This document shows, piece after piece, positions 22,580-34,800 of a stretch of DNA of 64,000 nt; position 1 is the first letter of the stretch; each line of letters opens with the position of its first letter. The translations under genes were made by a program, and so were the position numbers. The notes under the pieces are model-generated. The model made no database searches. It saw only the letters and a list, made by a program, of their open reading frames with translations, and was not told the DNA's origin. Location of the stretch: contig OZ038378.1 in NCBI GenBank assembly GCA_964036045.1, positions 20,460,001 to 20,524,000 on the forward strand, read 5' to 3'. Origin of the DNA: Eutreptiella sp. 'Long Island Sound 2002'. Taxonomy: Eukaryota > Protista > Euglenida.

Positions 22580-24420
22580 TCACAACAAAGTTCCAAGCCT
22601 ACTTTGTCTCGCATACCACCCAACCATTGCAAGGAATGCCAACACGGCAATACAAAGAAGCATGAGACAAGCAATCATGTCCCCGGTACCCCCTCCTCGT
22701 AATGAGGCCACCAAATTCAAATTACTCCCTCTGCGGATGTTGTGATCTTGTAGTGTCCCACCATCCTCCAAATGCTTTCCCGCGAAGACCAACCGTTGTT
22801 CTTGAACGGGTATCCCTTCAGAAGAACACAAGAATGTATAGATGGGTTGTGGTGTGCACAGTAGGCCCACAAAAAATGTGTTCGTGTTGTTTGGTTTTGT
22901 GTCATTCAACCTCCATTAGCATTTAGTTTCACCATGGTCACAATCTCCTCTGCACCTAATACTGGGAACCTTTCGGAATTAGCTGTGCCATATCCATGGC
23001 CAAAAGGTGCTCAAGTGAGGTGATGACCAATGTCGATACTTCGGGGACTAGGCATTCCGATCCACAGGGCATGGGACGTCCCAAAACCCCGCTCCCCCCC
23101 AAGGATCGGCGCGGATCGTGGATCGGAGGTCCGACGAAACACACATCCCCTCCTAGGTGTGCGCAACAAAATTTTCGAAAACCACCGAAACCCCGCAAAA
23201 CGCCGAAGGCATGGAAGGCATAGAAAGCAAACACAAGACCACAAATTGACATATTTGGGCTAACTTCACAAAACCCTACTAGTTGCATAGGGAAAAAAGG
23301 GTCCCACTGTGCATCCATTGTACGTGTTAGTTTTGAGCACCTCACACAAGCACAAGACTCAAATCAGATTCTTGAGCAAACATGCAACGACAAAGCTAAA
23401 AGCGATCCACGAATACTACTTCAAAAAATTGTTGAGTTGTGACGTGCAAGCACAAAGCAAAAAACGATCCACAAATGCTTCTTGATTAAAAACGGGTGAA
23501 TAGCCCGTTTTATTTGGCTGAAAAACGGGTTAACCTGTCCACAGTTTTGGTAGGGGGTTAACCCATTTTCCTCAATGAAAACGGGCTATTTTGAATGAAA
23601 ACGGGCTAAGGTGCCGACGCACCTTTTCGAGCCCGTTTTCATGCAAGAAAACGGGTTAATCGCCCGTTTTCATGATAAATTTTTTTTCAAATGTTTGTAC
23701 AATGTACAATGTATGTTGGTAGTGGATCGGACCGTGGATCGTATCATGAATTGTGGATCGGAGATCGTAATGCCCCTCCCTCCCCCAAGATCGGCGCACA
23801 TCGTGGATCGGAGCCCCGCAAACCCCCCCCCCCCCCACCTAGTCCCATTCATAGGTAATGTACCTCGAGAAACCCATTTTGTGACTAGTGAGGTCGTGGG
23901 GCAAGTCGTGGGGCTGACGCGAGGCACCCCCTTTGCAATGGGGGGACGGGGCTACATGACAATTGGGATCTACGGTACGTGCCATGTGTCACCATTGCTC
24001 GGATCATCAATTTGACTCTCACTTATGATATGCTTTCCTTGGCACACGTTCGTAGATTACCACTGTGGATCAACTTATTGCACCATGACAATGGATTTTG
24101 TAGTTGTTTGTCTGGTGCTTGCGGAGGAAATTGTCATGATATTGCATTATTGTTGTTCATTTCAGCCCCAAGTAGCGTGTATCCGGATGGTCTTGTGTGT
24201 CTCCATTTTTCTTGGTGGTGGAAGGCAACTCCTCAAAAACCACGGTTCATCCCGCAAACGGTGGCGGTAAAAGTTCAAACTACAAACATTGAAACATTGG
24301 GCAATGCAACCACATACATTCGTGATCTCGAATCTTTGCTTTCACACTTCGAATGGTATCGCCAAGGTCGGCGTCGATAGTGATAGTTTTGCCATTTAAT
24401 GTATGCACAAAAATTTGCAT
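22580..24420 (-). CDS. Ubiquitin-like protein with C-terminal transmembrane helix (exons 24420-24318 and 22815-22580, about 112 aa)
   Basis: Spliced product [76 protein letters not shown] is 48/76 identical to ubiquitin by my alignment, followed by [40 protein letters not shown] intron 24317-22816 with matching phase. Confidence 0.85.
23490..23680. repeat. Array of short inverted repeats AAAACGGG / CCCGTTTT in the ubiquitin-gene intron
   Basis: About five AAAACGGG copies and three to four CCCGTTTT/CCCATTTT copies, alternating within 190 bp. Confidence 0.7.
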
Positions 24421-26882
24421 TCCTACGACATGGGATGGGGGCCGTTGATAAACTTGGCAAGGGCCTTGAGTGCCTTGAGCGGCAAAATCTCAGCAAGTCA
24501 CAAAGAATCCACGAAGGCTGAGAGTGACACAAGCGGAGCCGATACCTTTCCAGACAACATTTGTGGGACTAGTGCCTCCACTGCATGTATTCACCTTGAC
24601 ACAACACAACATCGTCCTATCCTCACCTCTACTATCGCCCTACCAGTCGCTCTTGGGCCGAGCCAGTTTGTATTGCGTTGGGGCGCCAGTGTCCGACGGG
24701 AGGACCGCCTGTGCAGGTCCCGGTGGGGCCTGCTCCTCTTCACCGCTGCTGTGCCCGTGGGTGTACGCGGAGGGGGTGGGGGGCAGGGACCTACACGTTC
24801 ACGTACACCGGGTGCTCCGTTGTCTCTCAGGTGGTTGTGCGTTGGCCTCGTGCTTAACGCCCGTTGGATACTTCCAAACAACCACACATGGGGAAGGGCG
24901 GTTCTGACCACGGGGGGGGCACGGCGAAGGGGACCAATCACTGAATCAAGCGGTGAATACAACCGAACGAACCTTGTGAAGTGTCGCGGGATTCCAACAT
25001 GGAGTCCTTTGCCCTCTTCCCTTGCACCTATGTCGAGCCCAATGATTCCCACACATAGACATAAGAGAGTCGATTTAAATTATTTCCCTGGTTTTTTTGG
25101 TCAAAATCTACAAAAAGTTGACCCTTGAATATCAATCAATACTCCGGGTCACATGACGAAGGCCGCCTTGTCTTTGAGTGTGACCCGCATTTGGAAGGTG
25201 TCAAGGCCCAAACGTGATTGTGAACCGGAAAGGAGAGGAGTAGAGTATGAGAGGACGTACAGTAGAGTGTGCAATGATGTCCCAACAGAAATCAAGCCAA
25301 TTGGGACATTACAAGACTTCTCGGCCACCCATTTGGGACATTATCACCACTTCACCTACCAATGTTGAAGCACAAGAGAACTCTTTAGCGGGCACACGAC
25401 ATGCAAGCAACACGAAGACGGTTGCCCGTGCACTCGCAACGATGTTTTCACTACACCTAGCCACTAGCTCCGTGGATACCCCTTGGCGGCTAGGTCTCTC
25501 CCCACTACCCTGCGGTTTTCCTTCGCTTGGGATGCTGACAATGCATACCGTACACACTTACAAATCAACCTTGGCACCGGGGACCTCATGACACTGTGTG
25601 CATTCGTCGAGTGCACGTCCGGATAGCACCGGACATGGCGCATCGGGTCTGTCTCCGTCGCTCCATCCTTCAGCCCAATCGCCAGCCTCTACCTCCTAGT
25701 TCTAACATTGGCTTGGCCTCAAGGGAGGTCCAAGTTGTACCCTCGCCCTCTTCGCGTTGTGCCCCCCCCCCCCCGTGTGTACCAGGCCATTTGGCACATT
25801 ATTACACTTGTCCCAAGACGTCAGAATCTGAAGTCTTGTGACATTAAGAGGGCCATTTGGGACACTTATCGAGACTTTTTTTCAGGGACATTATTGGACA
25901 TTTTATTGTACTGTAGAATCGGGGTTAAAGATGCAAGCGCGAGGCTTGTGTGGGGGCATTCAATCAGACATTATTACAAGTTGCAACCTTGTAAGTTGCG
26001 AGGGGTATGGCCCAGAGGGCAGCGCACATTTCCGCATAAGGTATGCAGCTTAAGAGTCCTTTGGACTCCGAAGAGCCTAAGTGTGCCTAATCCCCAAGGG
26101 CCCCAAAGCAAAATAGGTCAAAAGACGCGAGCCCCAAATTTTCAATTAAAAAAGACGCGAGACGAGAACGCTTTCCCGAGGCATTATTATCAAAAGACGC
26201 GGAAGCTAGAGGCTAACACAAATCGGATCATCGGACCATGCATATTATTAGCCCAATATTCCAACCCCAATTCTACAGTGTATGCCCCAGCGGCATGAAG
26301 TGGAAAAGCCTGTCAGGAGTGCGGTACTTCGTTCGAGCCCTTGATCACTTGTGTCTTGGTGCTCTCGCTCTGTACCACTTCCTCCCCTGATCCCCTGCAG
26401 GGCACTGAGTTCACTTCGAAGTACTTCCCTACCACAGTGAACGGCTTGCTCCCCTGCAAGGCACATGATGCACATGCGCACATGCGAGGCATCTCTGTCG
26501 CGTGAGCCTGTACCGGTGCCAATTCCAACCACCGGTGCCAATTTCAATTTCCAATTTGTTCGTTTCCTTTCAGTTTTTCAATAGCTTAAAATTCCAATCA
26601 AGATAAAGCAGAATTGAATGGGCGAGTTGGAAGGTTGAAACAAGTTGATTTCGTTTGTGTGTTCCAATACTCTCTTGTGGGCAGCTTGAAACTTTGAGGG
26701 GTGGCGACAGCTTGAAGTTTTGAGGGAAGGACACACTCGCATTTGATGTTTGAAGTTTTGTAGGATTTCGTTCACGAACGTTCGGACGCCGTCATAATCA
26801 CCGTAATTAGGGTTTGGGAGTCAGTTTTTTTTGTGCCTCTTTTGCTCAACGAATGACCATGTTACAAACTTTGCCTCCACAG

Positions 26883-29338
26883 ATGAAAGCTTTTGCAAGC
26901 TTCTTTGGAAAGAAAGAGTCCAACGACACGCTTGGAAAGGAGGCGGAGTCAAGTGATCCATGTCCCAAGGTTGACAATGCAAACGAGGGGTGTCCTCCCA
27001 AGACGGAAACGGATGACGGTGATGACATAAAAGTGGAAGGCGAACAAATTGTATTGGACGAAAGTACGCTAAAGGGTGTTGAACAGCCTGAAACACCTAC
27101 GAAGGCAGCCGCCCCGGTTCCTACTACTTTACCGGATGAAACACCTCCTACTGACAACGCGGGTTGCGCGAATACTCCACAACCGACGAGTAGCGAAAGT
27201 GAAGTGGTGCCCGAAGACAAAGCGCCACTTGCACATGAAGTTATTGCAAACGAACCGGAGCCCGAAGATAAGGAAGGCAAAACAAAAGTCGAAAATGAGA
27301 AGGCAAACGGGAGCAAAACATCGACCAAGCCTTCCGGTGTGCCTGCTTTCTCCACGTGCCTCCGGTTTTCTTTTCATGTCGCCGAAGGAAGGAAAATTTG
27401 GGGGACCTCCCAATTGTGCTTGCGGGAGCCGTTCCACTCGCAACTTTGTTCGAAGTGTCGAATTGCTATCCCGAGTAGTGTGATGACTCGCGACGTTAGA
27501 TAGTCAAGACGCTAAAGGGGCGTTTGAAGATTTGGCAACTTGGGGGCAAATTATCCGGGACATTGTTGCACTCGTAGCTGTAATGCTTGCGCTTGCGTGT
27601 TTGCCTTGATTGACCTTTGATCGTCTCATATTCTGATGAATGTCACATGAACTCCACATTGTCCACCCACCTATTCTTCTCATAGACGGGGCACCCGTGC
27701 GACGCGGAAGAGGCCAATTTCAACAAGAGATGCGGTACGGCGTTATCCCGGAGGTGTTCGATGCCGATGAAGAGCCGAAGGAGAAACGCCGAAATGACGG
27801 CTCGGATTTGAAGCTTCAAGTGTTCCAAGGACATGTTCGGCAAAGGCGCATGATCGTGTTATACCCTGACACATCGGTGCACCGCTTGGACTTTGCTGTG
27901 AAGCCCTACAAAGGGGCCGTGCATTCCGCTCTTTTGAAGAAACGACTGCATATGCTAAGGGTAATGCTCCTCCTCACTTGTTTCCTTTCCATCCGTTAGC
28001 ATGCCGCGAATGAGTAGCCAACAAATGCACCTCGACAATCACATCCGAGGCAACATTCGTGTTGCAAATTCACATGTCGACGTCTGTGTACTCAACGACG
28101 ATCGTTTTAGGCAAGCTAGCATGCAACGCAAAAGATTTCGGTTCACCCATTAACGAGAATTAGGGCTTTCGTGAAGATTATGTGAATGTCCTTGGCGGCT
28201 TTCCCTTTGGCTCATTTTGCCACTTGGAGCCATCTTGATACAAGCGATCCTTCTTGATAGGTGTCAACCAAAGAACAATACTCGAAGCACCTCAAGATGG
28301 CGGATACGTTGTGGGAAGATCTTGGTGACGCCGTGGAAGCAAAGTTGGATGGGTTGTCTGAATATAAGGGGTCCGTCCGGGTTCAAGCAAATTTTGGTTG
28401 TGTTTTGCTATTAGATGCGTGGCAGCCAGAAGAACGGTCTTTGAAGGAACTAGTGACCGCCGGTGACACCGGTGAATGTGGTACCTCATTTTTGAAAGAT
28501 GTTGTGCCCCATTTTGCGAGTACCATTAGTCAACAATGCGACATCAAGTTGCCGGATGCAACCACAAGGGCCACTTATACGTTCCATTTGAAATCTGACA
28601 AGAGCTTCGAAGATTTTTGTGTTCGGGCGGAAACGCCAATCTCAAAGACAGGTTGTGTTGCTTCATGTGTGAGCGCTTGGACGATCCCAAATAGCACAAC
28701 CCATCCGCAAGACTCGAATGGGCATACACTAGCGGCTAGAAGTCTTTTGCCGGGTTCAAGTAGATGAGGGAAAGATGATCGGGACGCGATGGCGACGGGA
28801 AGGGTCGGTGTGTTGAAGGGAAATCCGGTAGGCTAGGTAGCGGTAATCGAAAGCCCGTGGGAGAGTAATAATTGAATCTCGCGCTTACGTAGGATCCTAC
28901 ACAAATTTCGTTCTCATACCAAAGTGATGATATGCAAAAACTTCCGTTTTCATGGCGCGGTTGCACTTTGGTGGAACGATTGTTGAACGACACTGTGCAT
29001 TTCGGGGAATCGTATTGGGGCACAACTCGTTAATACGCTTTCACTAGAAGGGCTTTTTGGCGGCATACACACCCTCCTTCGTGAGAATGCATGAGACATC
29101 GATTCCTGCTTACCCTTCCAATACCATTTCATCAATCATTTGAAATCCGCGTCCTATGGAAGAGTGTGTTCTTGCGACGTTTCCCACATGGCCTTTTGCT
29201 TGCCCTTTGCTTGTAAAATAAATTCCTATTGCCATTCTATATTCTCATGTAGACACGTCTGGAGAGTTCCAAGTTGTCGATGCCAATTGCGAGGAACTTG
29301 TGTTTACATGGGATGTGTTGCTGCCGTTTGTCAGCCAG
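26883..29338 (+). CDS. Multi-exon gene of unknown function, 5' part (exons 26883-27336, 27686-27960, 28261-28651, 29253-29338)
   Basis: Pyrimidine-rich AG immediately before the ATG at 26883. Four exons have GT-AG boundaries whose phases match (1,0,1). Acidic, Pro/Thr-rich N-terminus; no family recognised. Confidence 0.7.
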
Positions 29339-29813
29339 GTAACAGTGCTCCCCACTTCTTTCCGACGTTTCCGACGTTTGTGATTGCCAATCTCAACGCA
29401 ACATTATTGCTAGAAAGGGCCGCTCTGACAGCCAAATTTTGGATGTGGAGGGATGCAATCAGAGTACCGAACCCAAGGGAGGACATGTTGAATTCGGTTC
29501 CGGAAGCTCTTGATATTCACACAAAGCCTTACTTGGGCGACATGGATGGTCAATCCGGACGTAAGCCTGATATCAAGTTGGGTTGGTGGGTTTCGTTCAA
29601 TGCCCGCTTGACCAATTATACCATGGTTTGATGAACCGGGCAGGTCGTTGCAATGCAAGTCGTTGCTATGTAGGTCGAATCAAAGCCCCCAACTGCCATC
29701 AATCTATGCACCAATGAATCAAGTTGGACACGTCGCGCTTCAATGTGGCAACGTCCTTGAACCACCAAACTGTCTACACGGTGGGTTTCGACCTCCTACT
29801 CGTGTTACTTAGC

Positions 29814-29888
29814 GGGGCAGCCCGGAAATCGAACTTGTGCCTTGGGGACTTAGAGTTCATGCCTCTAACCACCGAGCTGCGGGACTAG
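29814..29888 (-). pseudogene. tRNA-derived pseudogene or SINE head (not a functional tRNA)
   Basis: A-box-like AGCTCGGTGGTTAGAG and B-box-like GTTCGATTTCC at tRNA spacing, but the anticodon and T stems do not pair. Confidence 0.45.
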
Positions 29889-30080
29889 TTGTCTACCAAC
29901 TCACTGCCGATGGATATCTGCCAACCGCCCTCGATTGGCGGCTCATCTAGAGACCACACATGATATTGGCTGGATTGCGCCTGCCAAACCAACCATTTGC
30001 CCACTTGAAAGCTTGCTCACATGCGTGCGCAGTTGAGGCCATGACCCCTCTTTCCCGCGGTTTTCTCAATTCGTCACCAG

Positions 30081-31815
30081 ACTGATGTTCGGATCGCGGT
30101 CCGTGCAGTCCGTCCTGCAACAGCAGAGGAACGTCAAGCCATAGACAGCTTCATGGAGTCAGTGAAATTTGTGGATGGGCGGTTTGTGTCTGAGAATCGT
30201 GCGTTCTCCATCGAGACTGCAATTGAGTCAAAATCGATAGGTATGTGTCAGCTCACGGTGCACATGTACTCTAGTTTCCAGCATGTTCAGACATGCTGTT
30301 TTGCAGCGCATAAGTGCCCAAGTTTTTTTTTCTCGTGCACCATCTGCAGCCATTCCAATTCAGTCAGCGTTAGTTAGTTGGTCACAATCCAGGCGGGTGA
30401 AAAATTCATCTGCCAGGGGCAGGGGTGGGATTTGAGCCCCTGAAAATTTTCAAGGAGAGGGGTGTTGACCCAGAAAACTTCTTTTTTCTGGTGGTTGCAT
30501 GCTGCAGGAGTGTGCTGGCCAGCAATGCGGCCCAAAGACAGTTGGGGATACACAGCCACAATCCACACACTGTTGTATGTGCCCCCCACACTGTTGTGTA
30601 TGCCGCACAGTCGGTTGGCACCAAAGGTGTTTGATGCCCCAGCCCGCTTCTATTTTTTGGATGTCATTGTTGGGGAGCATCGCTATAATGGGGACCACAT
30701 CTCCCATGTCCCTCGTGCGGCCCTTGTCCAAGCACAGGATCCCTGTCTGCGCGCAGTGTTCCCTGATTTTGGTCGTGCTTGCGCACGGGGAGCTCCAGAC
30801 CCCGTACCCCACGACCATGACTGCTGATTCCTCACTGGACAGCCGGTCCTTCATACTCCATGGTATTGCTCAGAATTTGAGGATCCCAGAATCCCCCAGG
30901 ATTGTTTTGCCCAGATCGAAACATATGGGCTATGCAGCCTGAAAACACTCCTTTCAGGGGCCCATGAACACCAACTGAAGGGCCTGACTGGTATTGTGTT
31001 GCATGGCCCCCCAATGGGTTGTATGGGTTGATATTGTCGATGATGCAAGCCTGCCCAAAGCCCACCTGGGTTTGTAAGGGGTTGCCCGAAAAGGTCCATT
31101 TCGCGTAACCCGTGCCTAGTGCATTGATCTTTTTTCTTTCCCAAGGCGTTGTGTCCACCCATAGTGACCTAGAGCTCTTGGTGTTACGACTGGTTGACCA
31201 GTACCAGGCAGACTGGTACCAAGTATGAGATTTTTAGCCAGTTGCAGCATACTCTCTTCCCAAGAGATCTTATGCATGGCAATTTGACCCCCACCCCACA
31301 TTTTCCGCAAGATTTGAGTGGTTTGAAAGAAATGAATCACCACCCCTGTGCTTGGGCAGATATTATTTGGCCAAGGCGTGGGGAAAATCGCCATGTAGAA
31401 TTTATTAGATCGAAACCAGGGGCGCTGCATTTATGGCAAACATTAAGACCCCCCTTCCCCCCCCCCTGTTAAGGCCTATTCGCTGACCATAGCCCAAGGG
31501 GTGAAGGTTCAGGGTTTAACCAATTGGAAAATCCTTGTTTTGTCCAATACAAGTATCCCCCAAAGAATTTTTGGCGGGGGCACCTGAGCCCCCAAAAATA
31601 AAAACGCTTTGTCGTTGTTTTTTTTGGGGGGGGGGATGGCTGAGACCGAAATTTAATGGAGATATTGAAAGTGAAACGACGAACAAACCTGTGAAGAATC
31701 AGATGCAAAGAGGTAATGCACACCACGGTCTGAATTGAGTGCATTTTTATTCTCCAAATCAAACTTGGTTGAACCTTGAGAGGAGGTATGACAAACAAAT
31801 TCCCTACCCAGACAG

Positions 31816-31876
<61 letters not shown>

Positions 31877-34800
31877 TATACAGTGAGACACCACGTGTTT
31901 GTGACTGCAGGTGGCAGATGGGAAGACCTCTCGGTGCGGATTGCCAATGTCACACAGCACGATTACGTCGATGCAGAGCAGACATGGGATCGAACTGAAG
32001 TAGATGCCACGTGGTCTGCCACCAGACTCAAAGCATCTGGTGCCTTGTTGCAGTTGGACAGGTGTTGACGGGCTGCTCCCGGAAGAGCCTTCTGTTTACA
32101 TTTGTTTGTTTGTTTGTGGCATGTCCTATGTGGTCCGATGTGGTGGTGAATTAGCCCCTGGCAGGGGGGGCATCTGAGGGTGATGACTGATGAGGTACAT
32201 GAGGTACACATGTACGCACAGAAACGTTCCAGGGGGTGTACGGGGCGGTGGGGGGCAGAATTTCGTGCCAAGTCAATTTCGCGGTGGCAAATTTCGCTCT
32301 GGGAAATTTCGTAGAGGCTGCCAAAAAAGGTGTGGGAAATTTCGCGGACCATCCCATAAATGTTGTGTTGTGTAGGGCTTTGGGGGCTTGGCGGAGCTTG
32401 GCCTGAGGTGCCGCTCACAATGCAGGGGAGACCCATCTGCCACAGTCTGCCAGTGATGAGGGTGTAGTTCGTCTCAGGTCCTGATGTGTGTTCAAACTTG
32501 CTTTTTGAGGACAACCCCAAGAGCTTGGCGCTTTTTCAAGTACGCTAGCACACACACAAAGCATGTCACTCAAGTAACCAAATGACTTCAGAGCCTTTTG
32601 TGTGGCCACAGACAGTGCAGTTATTAAGGCAAAGCCAATACCAGCTAGGGGTTGAGCAAAAAAAGAAGCAACGTTCTCACCTGCGGTTGCCGAACCAGGT
32701 GCAGATTTTGTGCAGTTTCTGACTCCACTGGGGTACCAGCAGTTCTTTTTTCTGCTTTTTTTGGGGGGGTGATTCCACAGAGCTTTTACTGGGCATCTGA
32801 AGGCATGCACAGCCGCTACTACAAGGAGAAAAACTGTTGCAATCAGCGGCTTCATTTTCCCTCGAACAAAGCTCGCAAACATTCTGGACGACGAATAGCT
32901 TCTCACTCACTTCACAAGCGGAACTGACGTGATGAGCAGATTGGCTGCCCACAACAGCACAACAGTACCTGCCCAGCGCTGCGCCACCGCCATAAAAATT
33001 ATGCTGGAAGTGTGTGGGAAATTTCGCGGAAGCCCCTGGATTTTCGGTGGTAAATTTTGCGGTCAATTTGAAATGCGAAATTTCTCACGCGCACTTTACT
33101 GCCCACGAAAATTTCCCCTCCACCGTATGCTGATTTCGCTCAAGAGCGTCAGTGAGGCTCAAAAGTGTCTGTCTATGAGTAAAGGTGCCAGCATGCTGAC
33201 CTCCAGCCAAGGAAAAGTGCCGACCCCCTGCGTCCTGGCCTTCGTGGCCTACCAGCTGGGGTTTTGAGGGGGTGGCAACAATTTTGCAAAAGCCCATCAC
33301 TCCCCTCCTCTGACGTTGCGGAACAGAGCATGGTTCCTTTCAAAGCCACTTAAATGGATGGAATGGTGAGAGATTTTATTCAGGGGCGCTGGTTGCATGT
33401 ATCATATAGCTGCTTTCGCCAGTCAAAGGAAATTGTCGCGCATTAGCAGTTGTACCCAGCGTTGTGCTCAGTTGACACTTGCAGTTGCATATGTGCATGA
33501 GACATGCTTGAAGGCACTAGATGTCTCTTCACCTCATGCACACAAACTCATGCACGTTTTGTGTTTGCATTTGGGAAAGTTTCTGCGATTTGTATTCGTG
33601 AACCAAGAAAAAAAAGAATTCCACAAGATTCCGCACGTGCGACACGGAGCGTGTGCCAATTTTTACGGTAGACCCGCTTCCATTCAAATTGAGAAAGTGG
33701 GCTGGTTCATAATGCGCTGTTCAGAACATAAGGGGCCTCGGTTTTTGTGGGTTTTTTGTCCGCAGGCATGACCAGAATCTGGTGTGTGCCATGACGCAGC
33801 ACAGAGTCATGGAAAACGCCCGGGGTGGTGTCGTGTTGACGGTGCAGGAATTTCACCTTTGAGGAAGTGCATATACTTGTTTTCACGCAATGAATGATGT
33901 ACAAGGTGGAGGGGTATTGAGTCATTCTTTGTGCACCGAAAATAGCCCGGGTGAATGAATGCATTACAACAAACCGAAAAGCAGGAACCATTTTGGTCCG
34001 CATGAATCCAACAACAAAGCCACCGGTAGTAAATGCAGCTTTCTGCCCCCATGGCACCCACTCTCATGCTGGGTGCTGAAATCCGCGAGCGGGACAAAGG
34101 TGATTTACCACAAGCACCTGTCATCGAATTTCGACGTATCCTTTTGGCGAAGTCAAATCCCTCAATGTGAAGCAACAGACCACGACCTTGGCTCAAAGTG
34201 ACAGCCACCCCTGCGTCAAGCCCTGCGGTGTGCCGGCTTGCAATTTACAATCGTGTTCTGGTGTTCAGGACTTGCGGATGCCCTGCCGCACCCCATCCCT
34301 TCCTGTTGAATGAATAGTAAAGTCCTGAACGGATACATTCTGAAAGCAGATTCTCGCCACCCGCTACTGTGCCATTTGAATCCATTTGGATATCTTGCAT
34401 CCTGTACTCATGAACCATCCTGGCCCTTCTGTCCGCAGTCTTCTTGGGGCTGCCTCGGGAAACACTGTCAAACGCACCGTGCAAGCAACACGAGATAGCG
34501 TTTTGCCAGAGGCTCAAAGACCGGACATCAGTGACACCAGCTGGTATCTGCTGTGCCGTTGCATTTTGTTGCATCCACTATCATGTGCTGAAGGTTTAGG
34601 TGAATAAGATTTCCTTTGGCAGTGCTGTATGAGTACTCGCAGATGAGTACTCGTGTTTGTTCTGTGTGTTGTGGTTTGCATTTGTGCTGTTTATCTGTCG
34701 GTTCGCATCTGGGTTGGAAGGATTGCCCCCACATCTGTTTGCATGAGACACATCTTCTGTCGTTGTTCCAGCATGTGCTAACCCGCGCCTAACACAGTGT

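Noticed and set aside
29814-29888. Amber-suppressor tRNA (loop CT-CTA-AG)
   Set aside because: The anticodon stem (ATGAA/TCCCC) and T stem do not pair, so it is best read as a decayed tRNA-derived repeat.
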